From Candidatus Actinomarina sp. (lineage in GTDB: Bacteria; Actinomycetota; Acidimicrobiia; Actinomarinales; Actinomarinaceae): DNA of 64,000 bases. Of this stretch, positions 14,119 through 25,451 are shown piece after piece; position 1 is the first letter of the stretch; each line of letters opens with the position of its first letter. Location: positions 3,573-67,572 of the forward strand of contig JADHQS010000001.1 in the NCBI GenBank assembly GCA_016777845.1. Reading direction: 5' to 3'. Below the pieces are notes generated by a model. That model saw nothing but the letters and a program-made list of their open reading frames with translations. It searched no databases and was not told the DNA's origin. A program made the position numbers and the translations under genes.

Positions 14119-14405
14119 TGAAATACCTTGAAGATGTATTGATTGCACCTGTGATTTCTGAAAAGTCTTATGATAGAATTTCTAACTCAAATTCTTATAC
14201 ATTTTTTGTTCACCCAAAAACCGATAAGCCTCAAATCAAAAAAGCTGTTGAACAAATGTTTGATGTGAACGTACTCAGAGTTAACACAATGTACCGCAAA
14301 GGTAAGAAGAAAAGATTTGGATATGTTTTTGGCCAGCAAAGTACTAGAAAAATAGCTATAGTTACGCTTTCTGAAGGTGAAACTATTGAGGCTTTTGGAG
14401 TTTAA
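14118..14405 (+). CDS. rplW: 50S ribosomal protein L23
   Basis: 95 aa L23. Confidence 0.93.
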   Translation: MKYLEDVLIAPVISEKSYDRISNSNSYTFFVHPKTDKPQIKKAVEQMFDVNVLRVNTMYRKGKKKRFGYVFGQQSTRKIAIVTLSEGETIEAFGV

Positions 14406-14407
14406 TT

Positions 14408-15241
14408 ATGGGTTCAAAAAAAATTAGACCAGTAACTCCAGGAATGAGAGGACAGGTTTCAACAGACTTTAAAGATATTACAAAAAAGAAGCCTGAAAAA
14501 TCGTTGCTACAGTCTAAAAAATCTTCTGGTGGAAGAAATAATAAGGGTCGAATTACATCTCGCCATAGAGGCGGAGGACATAAACAGAAATATAGAATTA
14601 TAGATTTTAAGAGGATTAAAGATGGGATTCCAGCTAGAGTAGCTGGAATAGAATATGATCCAAACAGAAATGCAAGAATAGCACTTCTTCATTATGTCGA
14701 TGGTGAAAAAGCTTACATCATCGCTCCAGATGGCGTTAAGGTTGATTCAATTATCGAGTCAGGTTCTAAAGCAGATATAAAAGATGGAAACTGTCTTCCA
14801 TTGAGAAATATTCCTGCTGGTACATTTGTTCATGCAGTTGAGTTAAGACCTGGTGGGGGAGCTAAAATGGCTCGATCAGCAGGATCTTCTGTGCAGTTAA
14901 TGAGCAAAGAAGGCGACACAGCATTATTAAGACTTCCATCTGGTGAAATGAGAAATGTTCCTATGGACTGCAGAGCAACTGTCGGCACCGTCGGTAATGC
15001 AGAGGCAGAATTAACAAAGTTAGGAAAAGCTGGACGAAATAGATGGAAAGGTGTTAGGCCACAGACTAGAGGTGTTGCTATGAACCCAGTTGACCACCCA
15101 CTTGGCGGTGGAGAAGGTAAATCTTCTGGAGGCCGTGTTCCTGTAAGCCCATGGGGAAAACCAGAGAAGAAGACTAGAAAGAAAAATAAATACAGTAAAA
15201 AGTCAATTGTTAGAGGTAGATCTCAAAAGGGAAGAAACTAA
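14408..15241 (+). CDS. rplB: 50S ribosomal protein L2
   Basis: 277 aa L2 family. Confidence 0.95.
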   Translation: MGSKKIRPVTPGMRGQVSTDFKDITKKKPEKSLLQSKKSSGGRNNKGRITSRHRGGGHKQKYRIIDFKRIKDGIPARVAGIEYDPNRNARIALLHYVDGEKAYIIAPDGVKVDSIIESGSKADIKDGNCLPLRNIPAGTFVHAVELRPGGGAKMARSAGSSVQLMSKEGDTALLRLPSGEMRNVPMDCRATVGTVGNAEAELTKLGKAGRNRWKGVRPQTRGVAMNPVDHPLGGGEGKSSGGRVPVSPWGKPEKKTRKKNKYSKKSIVRGRSQKGRN

Positions 15242-15242
15242 T

Positions 15243-15506
15243 ATGTCAAGAAGTTTAAGAAAAGGACCATTTGTTGACGAGCATCTTCTAAAAAAAGTAG
15301 AAGAAGCTCAAAATACTGGCAACAAGGGAGTCATAAGGACTTGGAGTCGTCGCTCAACTGTTGTTCCTGAAATGGTTGGTTTAACAATAGCTGTACATAA
15401 CGGAAGACAACATTTACCAGTATTTATAACAGAAGCAATGGTTGGTCACAAACTTGGAGAGTTTTCACCAACCAGAACATTTAAAGGGCATCCAGGACAA
15501 AGCTAA
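15243..15506 (+). CDS. rpsS: 30S ribosomal protein S19
   Basis: ATG at 15243 gives [10 protein letters not shown]..., the canonical S19 N-terminus; ORF-track start 15207 is an upstream extension. Confidence 0.93.
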   Translation: MSRSLRKGPFVDEHLLKKVEEAQNTGNKGVIRTWSRRSTVVPEMVGLTIAVHNGRQHLPVFITEAMVGHKLGEFSPTRTFKGHPGQS

Positions 15507-15853
15507 TGGAAAAAACAACAGTAAAAGCACAAAGTAAATATTTAAGGCAATCTCCTTATAAAATGAGACTTGTTTTAAATCTCATTAGAGGGCTTAATGT
15601 TCAAGATGCTTTAAATGTATTAACTTTTACAAAAAGAAAAGCAGCAACTGAAATAAAACAGCTCCTCGAAAGTGCGATCGCAAATGCTGAAGCAAACTAT
15701 AATTTAAATTCGTCTGATTTATATATTTCAAAAGCAATTGCTAATGAAGGGCCAACACTAAAAAGATTTAGACCACGTGCAAGAGGTAGAGCTGGAAGAA
15801 TCAATAAAAGAACTACCCATTTACTAATTGAGTTAGAAAGTGTGGGTGAGTAA
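15506..15853 (+). CDS. rplV: 50S ribosomal protein L22
   Basis: 115 aa L22. Confidence 0.93.
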   Translation: MEKTTVKAQSKYLRQSPYKMRLVLNLIRGLNVQDALNVLTFTKRKAATEIKQLLESAIANAEANYNLNSSDLYISKAIANEGPTLKRFRPRARGRAGRINKRTTHLLIELESVGE

Positions 15854-16752
15854 TGGGTCAAAAAACACATCCATACGCATTTAGAATTGGTATTGTAAAC
15901 GACTGGAAATCTCGTTGGTTTAACAGCAAAGATTACAAAGACTTAGTTAATCAAGATTATCAAATTAGAGATTTTCTATCACGACAGCTTCCTAAGGCTG
16001 CTGTCTCTCGTATCGACATTGAAAGAAGAGACAAAGGTGGAACATTGACTGTAGACATACATACAGCTAGACCAGGAGTTGTAATAGGCCGAAAAGGTGT
16101 TGAAGCAGACAGGTTAAGAAAAGGTATTGAAAAGCTATCTAAGCAGCCAGTAAAGCTAAATATTATAGAAATAAGAGAAGCAGAATTAGACGCCCAACTT
16201 TTAGCTAGAGGAATAGCAGACCAATTAGAAAACAGAGTAGCTTTTAGAAGAGCTATGAAAAGAGCTGTTACTGCTGCATTAAAAGCTGGTGCTGAAGGTG
16301 TCAGAGTTGAATGTTCAGGGAGACTCGGTGGAGCAGAAATGGGAAGAAGAGAATGGTATAGAGAAGGAAGAGTGCCTCTACACACATTACGTGCCGATAT
16401 AGATTTTGGAAGAGCAGCAGCACACACTACAGTCGGAGCAATAGGTGTAAAAGTTTGGGTTTATAAAGGCGATGTTGTTGGTTCAAACAAGCTTAGACAA
16501 GAAAAAATATCTGCGGAAGCAAACCTAGCTAGTGGCGGTCCAGCAGCTGGAAGAGTTAAATCAGTTAAATCAAGAGCGGAAGCTGCTGTTGGTGAAAAGA
16601 AAGATTCAAAAATTCTAGAAGCTGGCGGAGGTAAAAAAGCTAATGAGGAACAAGCATCAAAGATAGTTGAAGCTGGTGGAGGTAAAAAAATTACCAAAGA
16701 AGAAGCTCAAGCAAAGTTTGAAGAAGAAAAATCAATTTTAGAAGAAGAGTAA
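15853..16752 (+). CDS. rpsC: 30S ribosomal protein S3 with repeat-containing C-terminal extension
   Basis: KH domain and S3 core; C-terminal about 80 aa low-complexity tail with tandem (I/L)xEAGGGKK...(E/Q)A..K units. Confidence 0.93.
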   Translation: MGQKTHPYAFRIGIVNDWKSRWFNSKDYKDLVNQDYQIRDFLSRQLPKAAVSRIDIERRDKGGTLTVDIHTARPGVVIGRKGVEADRLRKGIEKLSKQPVKLNIIEIREAELDAQLLARGIADQLENRVAFRRAMKRAVTAALKAGAEGVRVECSGRLGGAEMGRREWYREGRVPLHTLRADIDFGRAAAHTTVGAIGVKVWVYKGDVVGSNKLRQEKISAEANLASGGPAAGRVKSVKSRAEAAVGEKKDSKILEAGGGKKANEEQASKIVEAGGGKKITKEEAQAKFEEEKSILEEE

Positions 16753-16756
16753 AAAT

Positions 16757-17170
16757 ATGTTAATGCCAAAAAAAACAAAATATAGAAAGTCTTTTCGAGG
16801 AAGAAGAAAAGGGAACTCAAAAGGTGGAAATCTTGTTTTCTTTGGTGATTTTGGTTTGCAAGCAGTAGAAACTTCTTACGTTACTGGAAGACAAATAGAA
16901 GCTGCAAGAATTACAATAACACGAACCATGAAACGTGGTGGTAAGGTATGGATTAATATATTTCCTCATAAACCTATTACAAAAAAACCTGCAGAAGTAA
17001 GAATGGGATCTGGTAAAGGTAATGTTGAATATTATGTTGCTGTAGTAAAGCCTGGCCGTATACTCTTTGAAATATCCGGTGTGCCAGAGGATGTTGCTCG
17101 TGAAGCAATGAGAAAAGCAGGTCATAAATTGCCTATGAAAACTAAATTTGTTACGAGGGTTAACGTATGA
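16757..17170 (+). CDS. rplP: 50S ribosomal protein L16
   Basis: [11 protein letters not shown]... L16 N-terminus. Confidence 0.95.
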   Translation: MLMPKKTKYRKSFRGRRKGNSKGGNLVFFGDFGLQAVETSYVTGRQIEAARITITRTMKRGGKVWINIFPHKPITKKPAEVRMGSGKGNVEYYVAVVKPGRILFEISGVPEDVAREAMRKAGHKLPMKTKFVTRVNV

Positions 17171-17379
17171 GTGTTAATGACCTAAGAGAACTTTCTGTTC
17201 AAGAATTAGAAAATAAAATAGTTGATTTAAAAAAAGAACTTATGGATTCAAGATTTGCACTTGCAACAAGCCAGATTGAAGACACTTCTGTTTTTAAAAA
17301 AATTAAAAAGGAGATTGCACAAGCAAACACAATTTTAACTGAAAAACAAAATGAACTAAATAATGAGGTAACTGAATAA
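17167..17379 (+). CDS. rpmC: 50S ribosomal protein L29
   Basis: 70 aa, L29 coiled-coil. Confidence 0.9.
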   Translation: MSVNDLRELSVQELENKIVDLKKELMDSRFALATSQIEDTSVFKKIKKEIAQANTILTEKQNELNNEVTE

Positions 17380-17642
17380 TGGAAAATATGGAAAGATCAT
17401 CAAGAAAAGTAAGGACTGGAATAGTGGTTTCTGATGCTCGTGAAAAAACCGTTACAGTTGCAATAGAACTTCAATTTCCTCATCCAAAATATAAAAAAAT
17501 TGTTAAAAAGACTAGAAAACTACATGCTCATGATGAAAGTTTCGAAGCAAAAGTTGGCGATACAGTCAAAATAATGGAAACTAAACCATTTTCTAAAACA
17601 AAAAAATGGCGTGTTACTGAAGTAGTGGAGAGGGCAAGATGA
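17379..17642 (+). CDS. rpsQ: 30S ribosomal protein S17
   Basis: 87 aa S17; ends with TGA stop. Confidence 0.93.
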   Translation: MENMERSSRKVRTGIVVSDAREKTVTVAIELQFPHPKYKKIVKKTRKLHAHDESFEAKVGDTVKIMETKPFSKTKKWRVTEVVERAR

Positions 17643-18007
17643 TTCAAAAAGAATCTAGGCTTAAAGTTGCTGACAACTCTGGTGCAAAAGAAGTACTCTG
17701 TATCAAAGTTAAAGGAAGCTCTCGAATTAGATATGCTGGACTAGGAGATACATTTGTTGCAACAGTTAAAGATGCTATTCCTGGTGGTCAAATCAAAAAA
17801 GGTGACATAGTTCAAGCTGTTGTTGTTAGGACTAAGAAGGAAACAAGAAGAAAAGATGGTACATATATACGTTTTGACGAAAATGCATGTGTAATTATTA
17901 ACGAGCAAGAGCAACCACGAGGTACAAGAATTTTTGGACCAGTTGGTAGAGAATTAAGAGAAAAAAAGTTTATGAGAATAGTTTCTTTAGCTCCGGAGGT
18001 TTTGTAA
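17639..18007 (+). CDS. rplN: 50S ribosomal protein L14
   Basis: 122 aa L14 ([18 protein letters not shown]). Confidence 0.95.
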   Translation: MIQKESRLKVADNSGAKEVLCIKVKGSSRIRYAGLGDTFVATVKDAIPGGQIKKGDIVQAVVVRTKKETRRKDGTYIRFDENACVIINEQEQPRGTRIFGPVGRELREKKFMRIVSLAPEVL

Positions 18008-18309
18008 TGAAAATTCAAAAAGGAGACATGGTAAAGGTAATATCTGGAAAAGATGCTGGAAAAGAAGGCAAAGTTTTAAAAGCATTTCCAAAAAAAGGAA
18101 CCGTCCTAGTTGAAGGTGTTAATGTAAATAAAAAACATCAAAAACCACAAGGTCAAACAATGCAAGGTGGGGTTATTGATAAAAGTATGCCAATAAACGT
18201 CTCTAATGTTGCATTAGTTGTAAAAAAGAAATCGGGACGAGTTGGTTATAAGTTTGATAAGAATGGCAAGAAATACAGAATATTAGCTCAAACAGGTGAT
18301 GAAGTATGA
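18007..18309 (+). CDS. rplX: 50S ribosomal protein L24
   Basis: 100 aa KOW motif. Confidence 0.93.
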   Translation: MKIQKGDMVKVISGKDAGKEGKVLKAFPKKGTVLVEGVNVNKKHQKPQGQTMQGGVIDKSMPINVSNVALVVKKKSGRVGYKFDKNGKKYRILAQTGDEV

Positions 18310-18851
18310 TTCCTAGATTAAAAGAACAATTTAACACCGAACTAAAGAAAAAAATTATGTCTGAACTTCAATTGGGTAATGTAAATGAAATACCTAGTCT
18401 TGAAAAAATAATCATTAACATTGGTGATGGGAAAGCAGCTACTGATGGTAGAGCACTTGAATCAATGGTTGATGAATTAACCGCAATTTCTGGACAAAAA
18501 CCAGTCATAAGAAGAGCAAAAAAATCAATTGCTGGATTCAAAATTAGAGAAGGAATGCCGATTGGCACATCTGTTACCTTAAGAGGTGACAGAATGTGGG
18601 AATTTTATGATAGGTTTGTACAAGTTGTTGTACCAAGAATTCGTGACTTTAGAGGTTTCAGTAAAAAATCGTTTGATGGAAACGGAAATTATACACTTGG
18701 ATTAAATGAACAGTTAGTTTTTCCTGAAGTTGAGTATGACAAAGTTAGAGATATCAGAGGAATGAACATTACAATTTGTACTTCTGCTAACGATAACGAA
18801 AAAGGTTATGTATTATTACAATCGCTAGGATTTCCATTTAGGGAGAATTAA
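18306..18851 (+). CDS. rplE: 50S ribosomal protein L5
   Basis: 181 aa L5. Confidence 0.95.
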   Translation: MIPRLKEQFNTELKKKIMSELQLGNVNEIPSLEKIIINIGDGKAATDGRALESMVDELTAISGQKPVIRRAKKSIAGFKIREGMPIGTSVTLRGDRMWEFYDRFVQVVVPRIRDFRGFSKKSFDGNGNYTLGLNEQLVFPEVEYDKVRDIRGMNITICTSANDNEKGYVLLQSLGFPFREN

Positions 18852-18853
18852 TT

Positions 18854-19159
18854 ATGGCAAAAACAAGCAAAATAGTTAAAAATAATCAAAGGAAGAGAGC
18901 AATCTCTACCTATGCTGAAAGACGTCAAGAGTTACTTAAGATTATTAAAGATCCTGATACTTCATATGATGAAAAGCGCGAAGCTCAAAAAAAGATTGCA
19001 AAAATGCCTAGAGATGCCTCTGCTACAAGACATCGTAATCGATGCGAAGTAACTGGTAGACCTAGAGGTACCCTCAGAAAATTCGGTATGTCAAGAAATA
19101 CATTCAGAGATTTGGCACTAAAAGGTGAGTTGCCTGGCATAAAGAAAGCTTCCTGGTAA
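18854..19159 (+). CDS. rpsN: 30S ribosomal protein S14, long (101 aa) zinc-independent C-minus form
   Basis: 101 aa, single Cys only ([14 protein letters not shown]), no CxxC pairs. Confidence 0.9.
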   Translation: MAKTSKIVKNNQRKRAISTYAERRQELLKIIKDPDTSYDEKREAQKKIAKMPRDASATRHRNRCEVTGRPRGTLRKFGMSRNTFRDLALKGELPGIKKASW

Positions 19160-19161
19160 AA

Positions 19162-19560
19162 ATGAATTCAGACCCAATTTCAGATTTTCTTACAAGAATA
19201 AGAAATGCATCAATGGTTAGTAAACCATCTGTTTCCGTTCCTCATTCGAAGTTCAAACTAGAACTTTCTAAACTTTTAAAGGATGAAGGATATATAAGCG
19301 AAGTTAAAGTTTCTGGAGATGGTTCTGATAAACAAATAGAAATAGATTTAAAGTATTCTGAAAGCGGTTCACCGGTTTTAGCTGGATTAAACAGGCTTAG
19401 TAAACCAGGAAGAAGGCTTTACGTAGGTTCTGATTCACTACCAAGAAATAATGGTGGATTAGGAACTGTTATAGTTTCAACTTCAAGAGGTTTATTACCT
19501 GATTCTGAAGCTCGAAAAAGAAAACTTGGTGGAGAATTAATTTGTGAGGTTTGGTCATGA
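19162..19560 (+). CDS. rpsH: 30S ribosomal protein S8
   Basis: 132 aa S8. Confidence 0.95.
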   Translation: MNSDPISDFLTRIRNASMVSKPSVSVPHSKFKLELSKLLKDEGYISEVKVSGDGSDKQIEIDLKYSESGSPVLAGLNRLSKPGRRLYVGSDSLPRNNGGLGTVIVSTSRGLLPDSEARKRKLGGELICEVWS

Positions 19561-20108
19561 GCAGGATAGGAAGTAAAGCAATTGAAATACCTGAAAAAGT
19601 AGAATTAAAAATCGATAGTAATTTAATAACTGTTAAGGGCCCAAAAGGTGAGCTTACGGTTGAAATTGTTGATGACAGAATAAATTATGAAATTAATGAA
19701 AACATTTTAAATTTTTCTAGAAGTTCTGAAGTTGCTGAAGTTAGAAGCCTTCATGGATTATATAGATCTTTAATCGCAAACAATATTCAAGGCGTTTTGG
19801 AAGGCTTTAAGAAGACTTTATTATTAAAAGGTGTTGGACATAGAGCAACTTTGAAAGGTAGTGATATTGAGATTCTTTGTGGATTTTCACATCCTGTAAT
19901 TTTCAAAAAGGTTGAAGGTATTAATTTCGAAGTGCCAGATCAAAATACGATAATTGTCTCTGGAATCGACAAGGCACTTGTTGGACAAGTATCAGCGAAC
20001 ATTAGAGCTATTAAACCACCTGAGCCATACAAGGGTAAAGGCATTAGGTATGAAGATGAATATGTTAGAAGAAAAGCAGGTAAAGCTGCAGCAACAGCTG
20101 GAGCATAA
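19557..20108 (+). CDS. rplF: 50S ribosomal protein L6
   Basis: MSRIGSKAIEIP from ATG 19557 (ORF-track start 19551 adds two residues). Confidence 0.93.
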   Translation: MSRIGSKAIEIPEKVELKIDSNLITVKGPKGELTVEIVDDRINYEINENILNFSRSSEVAEVRSLHGLYRSLIANNIQGVLEGFKKTLLLKGVGHRATLKGSDIEILCGFSHPVIFKKVEGINFEVPDQNTIIVSGIDKALVGQVSANIRAIKPPEPYKGKGIRYEDEYVRRKAGKAAATAGA

Positions 20109-20117
20109 AAAAATATT

Positions 20118-20465
20118 ATGAGAGTTAAAGACAGAAGACAACACAGAAAAATACGAATTAGAAAAAAAATTAATGGCACGGCTTCTGTTCCACGTCTTGC
20201 TGTTTTTAAAAGTAATTACAATATATATGTTCAGGCTATAGATGATTTAAATCAAGTAACAATAGCATCAGCAAGCACACTTTCAAAAGAAATTAAATCC
20301 AAAAACCTATCAGTTGATTCCTCAAAAGAGGTAGGAGAACTTATGGGTAAAAAGTTAAATGAACTTAATATTTCAAAAGCAGTTTTTGATAGAGGTGGTT
20401 ATGTATATCACGGTAGAGTTAAATCTTTAGCAGATGGAATTAGAGAAAAAGGGATTGAATTTTAA
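20118..20465 (+). CDS. rplR: 50S ribosomal protein L18
   Basis: 115 aa L18. Confidence 0.93.
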   Translation: MRVKDRRQHRKIRIRKKINGTASVPRLAVFKSNYNIYVQAIDDLNQVTIASASTLSKEIKSKNLSVDSSKEVGELMGKKLNELNISKAVFDRGGYVYHGRVKSLADGIREKGIEF

Positions 20466-21016
20466 TGGCTGAACTAGAACTCCAAGAAAGTGTAATTCAC
20501 ATTAACAGAGTCGCCAAAGTTGTAAAAGGTGGAAGAAACTTTGCATTTACTGCCCTTGTAGCAGTTGGCGACGGAAATGGAAGGGCTGGAATTGGTTATG
20601 GTAAAGGTTCTGAAGTTCCATTAGCTATTCAAAAAGCTATAGAAAATGCTAAAAAAAACATTCAAGATATTCCAATGGCAGGTTCAACAATTGTTCATAC
20701 CATAATTGGAAAGCATGGATCTTCCAAGGTTCTTCTAAAGCCAGCAGCTCCTGGTACAGGAGTTATTGCAGGAGGTGCAGCTAGACAGGTACTTGAAGTT
20801 GCAGGTGTTAAAGACATACTTGCAAAATCTTTAGGTTCACCAACTCATCTCAATGTTGCCAAAGCAACAATCAATGGCTTGTTAAATCAAAGAACACCAG
20901 ACATAGTTGCTGGACTTAGGGGTAAAAAACCATCCGAGGTAGCACCAGCTGGTTTAGTTCAAGCATATGAAAAAACTAAAGCTGAAAAAAAAGTAAAGGC
21001 AGTAGATGAAAGTTAA
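20465..21016 (+). CDS. rpsE: 30S ribosomal protein S5
   Basis: 183 aa S5 (dsRBD + S5 C-terminal domain). Confidence 0.95.
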   Translation: MAELELQESVIHINRVAKVVKGGRNFAFTALVAVGDGNGRAGIGYGKGSEVPLAIQKAIENAKKNIQDIPMAGSTIVHTIIGKHGSSKVLLKPAAPGTGVIAGGAARQVLEVAGVKDILAKSLGSPTHLNVAKATINGLLNQRTPDIVAGLRGKKPSEVAPAGLVQAYEKTKAEKKVKAVDES

Positions 21017-21185
21017 AATTACTTTAAAAAGAAGCTTAATTGGGCAAAAACAAAAAGCTCGAGAGACTGTAAGGAGCTTAGGTCTTAAGAAAATTAATTC
21101 TTCAACCGAAAGAGAACTCAACCCAATGATTGAAGGTATGCTTCACAAAATTAGACATTTAGTAGAAATAGAAGAGATTAAATAA
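21008..21185 (+). CDS. rpmD: 50S ribosomal protein L30 (59 aa; below ORF-track size cutoff)
   Basis: Manual translation [59 protein letters not shown]; sits between rpsE and rplO as expected. Confidence 0.85.
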
Positions 21186-21186
21186 A

Positions 21187-21636
21187 ATGAAAAAACTAAG
21201 ATTTCATCATTTGAAACCAACCCCTGGATCTACAAAACAAAAATTAAGAAAAGGTAGAGGAGAGTCAGGTAAAAGAGGGAAAACTGCAGGTCGAGGTACT
21301 AAGGGTACAGGTGCAAGAAAAACAGTACCAGCATATTTTGAGGGAGGTCAGATACCTCTATATAGACGTATTCCTAAAGTGAGGGGCATTGGTAATCCTG
21401 CAAAAATGGCATATGTTGTTGTCAATGTCAGCGAATTAGAAGAAAAAAATTTAGTAGGTGAAGTCACTCCTGATACATTAAGAGAGATGGGGCTAACTAG
21501 AAAAAAAGGTTTGGTAAAAATATTAGGTGATGGTCAAATCACCAAAAAAATAGATTTGAAAGTTCATGCTATAAGTGAAGTTGCTAAAAGCAAAATTGAA
21601 AGTGCTGGCGGTACTGTAGAAATTATTAAAGAGTAA
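21187..21636 (+). CDS. rplO: 50S ribosomal protein L15
   Basis: 149 aa, Gly/Arg-rich N-terminus. Confidence 0.93.
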   Translation: MKKLRFHHLKPTPGSTKQKLRKGRGESGKRGKTAGRGTKGTGARKTVPAYFEGGQIPLYRRIPKVRGIGNPAKMAYVVVNVSELEEKNLVGEVTPDTLREMGLTRKKGLVKILGDGQITKKIDLKVHAISEVAKSKIESAGGTVEIIKE

Positions 21637-21638
21637 TT

Positions 21639-22952
21639 ATGCAACTATCTATTTTTAGATATATTTTCAAAATTCCAGATTTAAGAAAAAGAATTCTATT
21701 CACTTTATTCATGTTTGCAGTTTATAGATTAGGAGCTGCTGTGCCAGTACCAGGTGTAGATCTTGATGCTGTACAGAGACTTACAGATTCTGGGTCACAG
21801 GCCGGTATCTATGGGTTGCTTAATTTATTTTCTGGTGGAGCATTAGAGACTTTTTCAGTATTTGCTCTTGGAATAATGCCTTACATAACTGCAAGCATTA
21901 TTCTCCAGTTGTTAACTGTTGTAATCCCAAGGTTGCAAAAACTTCAAGAGGAGGGTGAGTCGGGCAGGAAAGTTATCACCCAATGGACAAGATATATTAC
22001 TGTTGTTTTAGCCCTTTTACAATCTACAGCATTAACTTACTTATTTTCTAGAGGAAGTTTAACTGGAGGAATCTCATTGATTCCAAACTATACACCATCT
22101 CGAGTTGGGCTAATAGTCCTAACCATGACTGCTGGTACTGCATTTATTATGTGGATTGGCGAGCTTATTTCTCAACGAGGTGTAGGAAATGGTATGTCTT
22201 TAATAATTTTTGCCAGCATAGTCAGTCAGTTACCATCTCAGTTTGGAAGTTCTTATCAAGTAACAGCTGGACAAGGAAGAGTTGGCCAATTTGTGTTTCT
22301 TATGGTCATGTTCATACTTATGATTGTTGGAATAATTTATGTAGAACAAGGTCAAAGAAGAATTCCTATACAGTTCGCAAAACGAGTTAGAGGAAGAAAA
22401 GTTATGGGTGGTCAAAGCACATATATTCCATTAAAAGTTAATAGTGCTGGAGTTATTCCAGTAATATTTGCAACTAGTATTTTGTTTTTCCCTGCTTTAG
22501 TAGCTACTTCTTTACCGCAAGACAATAATGTTACAGCCGCAATTAGAAATTGGATTGATGTTAATTTAGCTAACTCTCAGGGGACAACTTGGTTTTATGT
22601 TTTCTTTCTTGGTATATTGATAATTTTCTTTACATATTTTTATACAACTATTCAATTTGATCCTGTTCGTCAGTCTGACATGATTAGAAGACAAGGTGGC
22701 TTCGTACCTGGAGTCAGGCCTGGAATTTCTACTACAAATTATCTTTCACATATTATTAACAGAATTACCCTTCCAGGATCAGTGTTTTTAGCTTCAGTTG
22801 CAGTCCTTCCCTCAATAGCATCTGTGATATGGGACATACCTCTTGGATTTAGTGGTATTTCAATTCTTATTACAGTTGGTGTAGCTTTGGAAACTATGAA
22901 GCAAATTGAGAGCCAATTAAGTATGCGAAACTATGAAGGATTTATTGATTGA
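21639..22952 (+). CDS. secY: preprotein translocase subunit SecY
   Basis: 437 aa, 10 TM helices, SecY signature. Confidence 0.95.
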   Translation: MQLSIFRYIFKIPDLRKRILFTLFMFAVYRLGAAVPVPGVDLDAVQRLTDSGSQAGIYGLLNLFSGGALETFSVFALGIMPYITASIILQLLTVVIPRLQKLQEEGESGRKVITQWTRYITVVLALLQSTALTYLFSRGSLTGGISLIPNYTPSRVGLIVLTMTAGTAFIMWIGELISQRGVGNGMSLIIFASIVSQLPSQFGSSYQVTAGQGRVGQFVFLMVMFILMIVGIIYVEQGQRRIPIQFAKRVRGRKVMGGQSTYIPLKVNSAGVIPVIFATSILFFPALVATSLPQDNNVTAAIRNWIDVNLANSQGTTWFYVFFLGILIIFFTYFYTTIQFDPVRQSDMIRRQGGFVPGVRPGISTTNYLSHIINRITLPGSVFLASVAVLPSIASVIWDIPLGFSGISILITVGVALETMKQIESQLSMRNYEGFID

Positions 22953-23509
22953 GCAATTTAGTAATCTTTCTAGGACCGCCTGGTGCTGGAAAAGGGACTC
23001 AAGCAATATCAATAGCTAAAGAAAAAAATCTTGCTCACATATCAACTGGTGACATGCTTCGTGAGCACGTAAGCAACGAAACAGAGCTTGGAAAAATTGC
23101 TAAAACTATACTCGAGGAAGGTAAGCTTGTTCCAGATTCTTTGGTAATTGAGATGTTGCAAGAAAGACTTCTTTCGAGTGATTGTGTTAACGGAGCAATA
23201 CTTGACGGCTTTCCCAGAACAATTGCACAAGCAGAAAGTCTAGACAAAATAAGCGACGGATTTAAAATTTCTAAAGTAATCGTTTTTGAAGCTGATCGTG
23301 ATGAGCTAATTAAAAGAATTTTAAGTAGAGGTGAAACAAGTGGTAGGAGTGATGACACTATAGAGTCCGTAAGTGTCAGACTTGAAGTTTATGAAAAGGA
23401 TACTGCTCCTCTAATTGAATACTATGAAACAAATAATTTAGTTGTAAAGATAAATGCGGTTGGGGAAGTTGAAAATATTTATAATTTAATACTGAAAGAA
23501 TTTACATAA
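22949..23509 (+). CDS. adk: adenylate kinase (short-LID type)
   Basis: GPPGAGKGTQA P-loop; 186 aa. Confidence 0.93.
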   Translation: MSNLVIFLGPPGAGKGTQAISIAKEKNLAHISTGDMLREHVSNETELGKIAKTILEEGKLVPDSLVIEMLQERLLSSDCVNGAILDGFPRTIAQAESLDKISDGFKISKVIVFEADRDELIKRILSRGETSGRSDDTIESVSVRLEVYEKDTAPLIEYYETNNLVVKINAVGEVENIYNLILKEFT

Positions 23510-23512
23510 ATA

Positions 23513-24280
23513 ATGCTTACATATAAAACTTCTGAAGATTTTGAGAAGATGGCAAGAGCAGGCAAAGTAGTTTCAAATATACATTACGAAATTTACAATT
23601 CAACTAAACCTGGAATGACATTCAAAGACCTAGATGATATTGCTAAAAATATTGTAGAAAATTCAAATGTTCAATCAAGTTTTTTTGGTTACGCACCCCC
23701 TGGACACGATCCTTATCCAGCTTATATTTGTTCCTCGCCAAATGACACAATAGTTCATGGGATACCTAACGATACAATCATAAAGGAAGGTGACTTAATT
23801 TCTATAGATGTTGGAGTATCATTTGAGGGTTTTCATGCTGACGCTGCCTTTACTTATGGTGTTGGAGAAATCTCAAGTGAGGACAAGTTTCTAATTGAAA
23901 CCACCAAGCATGCGTTAAATGAAGCAGTAAAACTAGTTAAAGATGGGCAAAAATTAGGAACAATTGGATATAAGATTGACAAAATAGCTACACGAAAAAA
24001 CCTTGGTAATGTAAAAAACTATGTTGGACACGGAATTGGTCAAGAAATGCATGAGGAACCACAGGTACCTCATTATGGTAAAAAAAATACAGGCTTTGAA
24101 TTAAAAACAGGAATGGCTATTTGTATTGAACCTATGTTTAATTTAGGCTCTGAAGAAACAATGGTAGATGAAGACGGATGGACAGTTAAGACAACAGATG
24201 GTCAAAATTCAGCCCATTGGGAACATACAATAGGATTAACTGAGGAAGGGACACGTGTTTTTACAGAAAACTTATTTTAA
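23513..24280 (+). CDS. map: methionine aminopeptidase type I
   Basis: 255 aa; metal ligand pattern D..D..H..E..E. Confidence 0.92.
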   Translation: MLTYKTSEDFEKMARAGKVVSNIHYEIYNSTKPGMTFKDLDDIAKNIVENSNVQSSFFGYAPPGHDPYPAYICSSPNDTIVHGIPNDTIIKEGDLISIDVGVSFEGFHADAAFTYGVGEISSEDKFLIETTKHALNEAVKLVKDGQKLGTIGYKIDKIATRKNLGNVKNYVGHGIGQEMHEEPQVPHYGKKNTGFELKTGMAICIEPMFNLGSEETMVDEDGWTVKTTDGQNSAHWEHTIGLTEEGTRVFTENLF

Positions 24281-24346
24281 TTTTGTGTTTGTAATAGTTT
24301 CAAATCGCACTAATCTAGTAAATCGGTCACATAATCAAGGCTAATT

Positions 24347-24571
24347 TTGGTAGAAAAAGAAAAAAACATAATTAAAGTTCAAGGAACTGTTATGGAAACT
24401 CTCCCAAATGCCTCTTTTAAGGTCCAACTTGAAAGTGGTGCAGAAATTTTAGCCCATGTGTCTGGAAAAATGAGGATGAGGTACATAAGGATTTTACCTG
24501 GGGATATTGTTGAAATGGAAGTTTCACCATATGATCCCACAAGAGGTAGGATAATTTGGAGACATAAATGA
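24347..24571 (+). CDS. infA: translation initiation factor IF-1
   Basis: 74 aa S1-like OB fold ([18 protein letters not shown]); TGA stop overlaps rpmJ ATG (ATGA). Confidence 0.93.
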   Translation: MVEKEKNIIKVQGTVMETLPNASFKVQLESGAEILAHVSGKMRMRYIRILPGDIVEMEVSPYDPTRGRIIWRHK

Positions 24572-24684
24572 AAGTTAAATCTAGCGTTAAAAAGAGAGGC
24601 CCTAACGATCAAATCGTTAGAAGAAAGGGCAAACTTTACGTAATAAACAAAAAAAATCCTCGTCATAAGCAGAGGCAAGGTTAA
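24568..24684 (+). CDS. rpmJ: 50S ribosomal protein L36, zinc-independent C-minus form (38 aa; missed by ORF track)
   Basis: [38 protein letters not shown]; no Cys at any of the Zn-ribbon ligand positions. Confidence 0.85.
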   Translation: MKVKSSVKKRGPNDQIVRRKGKLYVINKKNPRHKQRQG

Positions 24685-24690
24685 GTTTTA

Positions 24691-25068
24691 ATGGCACGTA
24701 TTTCAGGTATAGATATTCCAAGAGAAAAAAGGGTAATCGCATCACTACGTTACATACATGGTGTTGGCGCAAAAAGAGCAGACGATATATGCACAGACCT
24801 CAACATTGATCCAAGTACACGCGTTAGCAATCTAACAAATGATGAAGTTGCACAAATTAGAAAGTACATTGAGGCAAATTTCAGAGTAGAGGGTGATCTT
24901 AGAAGAGACGTATCACAAAATATTAGAAGAAAAACTGAAATTGGTACTTATCAAGGTTTAAGACATAGAAAAGGGCTTCCTGTTAGAGGTCAAAGAACTC
25001 ATACAAATGCTAGGACGAGAAAAGGTCCTAGATTTGCAATAGCTGGTAAGAAGAAAGCATTGAAATAA
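24691..25068 (+). CDS. rpsM: 30S ribosomal protein S13
   Basis: 125 aa S13. Confidence 0.95.
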   Translation: MARISGIDIPREKRVIASLRYIHGVGAKRADDICTDLNIDPSTRVSNLTNDEVAQIRKYIEANFRVEGDLRRDVSQNIRRKTEIGTYQGLRHRKGLPVRGQRTHTNARTRKGPRFAIAGKKKALK

Positions 25069-25451
25069 TGGCTGATCAAAAAACTAAAAAGAAAGTCAAA
25101 AAAAATGTACCTGCTGGAGTAGCACATATAAAAGCAAGTTTTAACAATACAATAATAAATATATCAAACCCATCTGGTGAAACTATAGTTTGGACATCAG
25201 GTGGCTCGGTTGGCTTTAAGGGTTCAAGAAAGTCTACTCCTTATGCTGCACAAGTAGCAGCTGAGGAAGCTGTTAGAAGAGCCACTGAGTATGGAGTTCA
25301 AAAGCTAGACATAATAATTAGTGGTACAGGTGCAGGTAGAGAAACAGCTGTAAGAACTTTACAAAACATGGGTATGGATGTTGGAACAATTAAAGACATT
25401 ACTCCAACACCTCATAATGGCTGTAGACCAAAGAAGAGAAGAAGAGGATAA
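25068..25451 (+). CDS. rpsK: 30S ribosomal protein S11
   Basis: 127 aa S11. Confidence 0.95.
   Translation: MADQKTKKKVKKNVPAGVAHIKASFNNTIINISNPSGETIVWTSGGSVGFKGSRKSTPYAAQVAAEEAVRRATEYGVQKLDIIISGTGAGRETAVRTLQNMGMDVGTIKDITPTPHNGCRPKKRRRG

Noticed and set aside
15207-15242. Longer rpsS start ([12 protein letters not shown]…)
   Set aside because: It overlaps the rplB 3' end, whereas the ATG at 15243 gives the canonical [11 protein letters not shown]19 N-terminus.
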